DNA of 63,538 bases, filler included, from Dicyema japonicum (taxonomy: Eukaryota > Animalia > Dicyemida): NCBI GenBank assembly GCA_011109175.1. It is 5 parts of 5 records of this genome, joined end to end, with 100 filler letters (N's around TTAATTAATTAA, not from the genome) between each part and the next. Parts side by side here need not be neighbours in the genome. Positions count along the whole stretch, not along the records: positions 57,054 to 61,138 come from RDEW01000320.1; positions 61,239 to 63,538 come from RDEW01000131.1; 3 more parts are not named here. One strand, given 5' to 3'. The position numbers and the translations under genes were made by a program. The notes under the pieces were generated by a model. It made no database searches, was not told the DNA's origin, and was given only the letters and a program-made list of their open reading frames with translations. Positions 60,737-63,538 of the stretch are shown here, piece after piece; position 1 is the stretch's first letter, and each line of letters begins with the position of its first letter.

Positions 60737-62063
60737 AAATCAGTTGTAACAATCTATATCGAATAATCTTGTTATATATAGATCGCTTGTCACAACTAAT
60801 TATGATACGACAATGATATGTTGATTATTCTGTAAAATATTTTTTGCAATAAAAAAATTTTTTGATTGAACCGGAACTGGATTAAAATTTTAATGAAAAT
60901 CAACAAATATCCCCAATATTTCTTTATCATATTCATCTTTAAAATAAAAACTTCAAGTATCTATAAATTATATTACGTCCACATGTGACAAAAAATATCA
61001 AGTGCAAACACAAAGTATATTACGCAATACAAAATTGACACTCAAAAATTCCCAAAAAAGTAAACACAAACTCATTTAAAAATAATCCGACAGTAAATTA
61101 GTAAACAACAATTAATTTAAGTCAATAAGTTTTTGCGTNNNNNNNNNNNNNNNNNNNNNNNNNNNNNNNNNNNNNNNNNNNNTTAATTAATTAANNNNNN
61201 NNNNNNNNNNNNNNNNNNNNNNNNNNNNNNNNNNNNNNGATCCAATCTGTTAAAAAATAAGTTCAGAATTGTTATTATTTGATATTGAGTTACTACAACA
61301 TTCGTCTCGAGTCCGCAATTTACACACATTAAAAGTCCTTCCTTTAATTCTACAGTTTTTATTAAAATAATTGGGATAAAATTGGTTTTAGATTACCTTT
61401 CGAATTAATGCCGAGTTCTTCGTTAGACAGACATCCAAGAGAATAAGAGAGGAGTCTACACATATAATTCTTATGTTCCATAGAAGCATGTTTTAGAAAT
61501 GAACCATTTCTCAGCAACGTTAGAATGTCTTTAACAAACTAAAAAACAGTAAAAAATCTAAAAAATAACTTTTATCAGCAACTCAAAACGGAAAACTTCA
61601 CAAGTTATTATAAAAACTAAATTCCGCACAACAACATTCTAGAAAATCACGGAAACCCACAAACCGAAAAATAGTTCCATTGAAAAAAAGCTTTAACAAA
61701 AACTTGATTTTTGAAAAACTCAGAATTACCTAAATTGGCCAAAAGTTCACTCCAATTCTTCAAACTGTGAAAAATTTTGTAAAAAATATAAAAACTTGAT
61801 ATTTTGAATCAAAACAATTCGGAAAAAGTCCTCGATGTGAGAATTGTTCATTTCAGCAATCAGACGACCAACTTTTACGTAACTTCCATCCTTTAAAAAC
61901 AGAGGCAATATAAAATGTTCCCAAACTAAATCTGAAAAAAGAAATTACAATAATTAACCTGAATATGACAAAGAGCACATTAATCCGACCAGTGCAGCCA
62001 TTTTGAATAATTTTTCATTCCCGGGATTATAATCTATAGATCACCATCCCATAATCAATTTTA

Positions 62064-62435
62064 GTGCTTTATTTTAGATATTGGCCGACAAAGAAAGACT
62101 TCCATCTTTGCCTAATAGAGAACGAGGTCTATTTCCATGGATCGGCAAAAATATGCTCTGTTTTTGGCCAAGTCTCGTGTTTTGGGGCAAAAATTGATAA
62201 TTTATGGACAAATATAACAATGCTAACACCACATCAGCTACTCAAAATTTCCAATACAAAAAATGATGATCATATAATTAATCAACAAATGTTAATTGAT
62301 AATCAAATACCAAATAATTTAATTAACGAAATATTAAATTTCGTTTCTTCAATTAAAAATTATTCTTATAAATTATCAATTTTAGATCCAAAACATTTTT
62401 CAGTAACAGTGCACTTAGGGAGCTTTCTACGTTGA
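62064..62435 (+). CDS. Unidentified exon, weakly like the NOL9/Grc3 N-terminal region
   Basis: VYFHGSAKICSVFGQVSCFGAKI resembles F.G..++..+.GQV..FG..I. No P-loop found in the window. Confidence 0.28.
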   Translation: MLYFRYWPTKKDFHLCLIENEVYFHGSAKICSVFGQVSCFGAKIDNLWTNITMLTPHQLLKISNTKNDDHIINQQMLIDNQIPNNLINEILNFVSSIKNYSYKLSILDPKHFSVTVHLGSFLR

Positions 62436-62929
62436 GTTATATTTTCAGACAATCTACTAAAATTCCTATTTCTCGGCTCATTTTTAAGATTCTTCCGCTT
62501 CGTTTTGATTTTCAAAGTGTTTCTCTTTCTATTTATAAACAAATCTTGGTTCAATTGATCAGGTATTAAAGAATTTTGTGTATTTACAAGTATTTACGTG
62601 CATTTAACGGTACATGGATTGCTCTCTGTAAAGTCGAGAATGATCAAGTTGATTATTTTGTTTATTTTAGATTAAAAAGGTTGAAAATTTGCCGGGAATT
62701 GTTGATTCGAATATTTTATGTGACTGTCTCGGATTTGGTATGAATAAATCAAGATTAGTTTTAGGAATTGTTTGGTACATTGATGTGTGTAAAAAGTGNC
62801 GAAGGCTCTGGACTTAGTTAGGACATTAATTAGTTAATTATTTTCTTTTTTAATAATGGTTATCTTATTCACAATTAGTATATTTAATATTTAAGAGTCT
62901 CTGAATTATGTTTGGATATTTATTGGTAA

Positions 62930-63410
62930 ATCTCTTTATTCTGAAAGGTCGGTCACTCGTGTGGGATACGATTTGCACGAACATATTTTTTGTGCTGAAC
63001 ATTGTCTCGTCGGCCGTTTCCCTGGGTACGCAACGACCAAGGCAAAGACTGAGATGCTTTTCAAATACCAAACTATCTTGTACCATTGTCGTTATCAACG
63101 TGAATATAGTATGAAAATCATTTGTACAATAAACAGGTTATTTAGTGAGGATGAATGAAGAGNTAAATTCTTATTCACAGTTAGCATATTTGATATTTAC
63201 GAGTCTTTGAATTATGTTTGGATATTTATTGATAAATCTCTTTATTCTAAAGGCTGGTCACTCGTGTGGGATATGTTTTTTGTGCTGAACATGTTTTTTG
63301 TGCTGAATATTGTCTCGTCGGCCGTATCCCTGGGTACGCAGCGACCAAGGCAAAAACTGAGAAGTTTTTCAAATACCAAACTCTCTTGTACCATCGTCGT
63401 TATCAAATTT
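62930..63410 (+). mobile_element. Two CRE-like RLE remnants, duplicated across N63163
   Basis: KGRSLVWDTIC..F / KGWSLVWD; block 62864-63162 matches 63164-63430. Confidence 0.65.
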
Positions 63411-63538
63411 AGTGAGGATGGATGAAGAGGAATAAAAGAATAAAATGGGAGAATTATTCCATATTATTTTATAAATTACAAATATAATTGTAGGATTATA
63501 CATGGGAACCAGTAAAAAATTAAATCAAGCAAGCTTAG

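Overview
AT-rich eukaryotic scaffold, almost certainly animal, dominated by decayed non-LTR retrotransposons. Families seen: RTE-like (APE+RT), CRE-like and R4/Dong-like (restriction-like endonuclease), Ingi/I-group, and a Jockey/I-type gag ORF1. There are also hAT/Buster transposase remnants and a tRNA-derived SINE. Host genes sit in small islands and have very short GT-AG introns (22-34 nt): deoxyhypusine hydroxylase (DOHH), a protostome-type cytoplasmic intermediate filament gene with a lamin-tail domain, a UBASH3/STS-like phosphatase fragment, and two paralogous LAMP-like type I membrane proteins. The most notable items are: (1) an Ingi-like 5' module of HDV-like ribozyme fold, 2A-like StopGo peptide and APE, present in two copies; (2) the LAMP-like pair with a shared intron position and a shared SIPL tail motif; (3) a complete 2.97-kb RTE element with a 12-bp TSD, a 26-nt 5' UTR and a conserved 5' hairpin, plus a 660-bp internally deleted derivative with its own TSD. 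The assembly has artefacts: N gaps with TTAATTAATTAA linkers, single-N joins flanked by duplications, and homopolymer frameshifts. All family calls are by-eye motif recognition without database searches, and many element boundaries are approximate.
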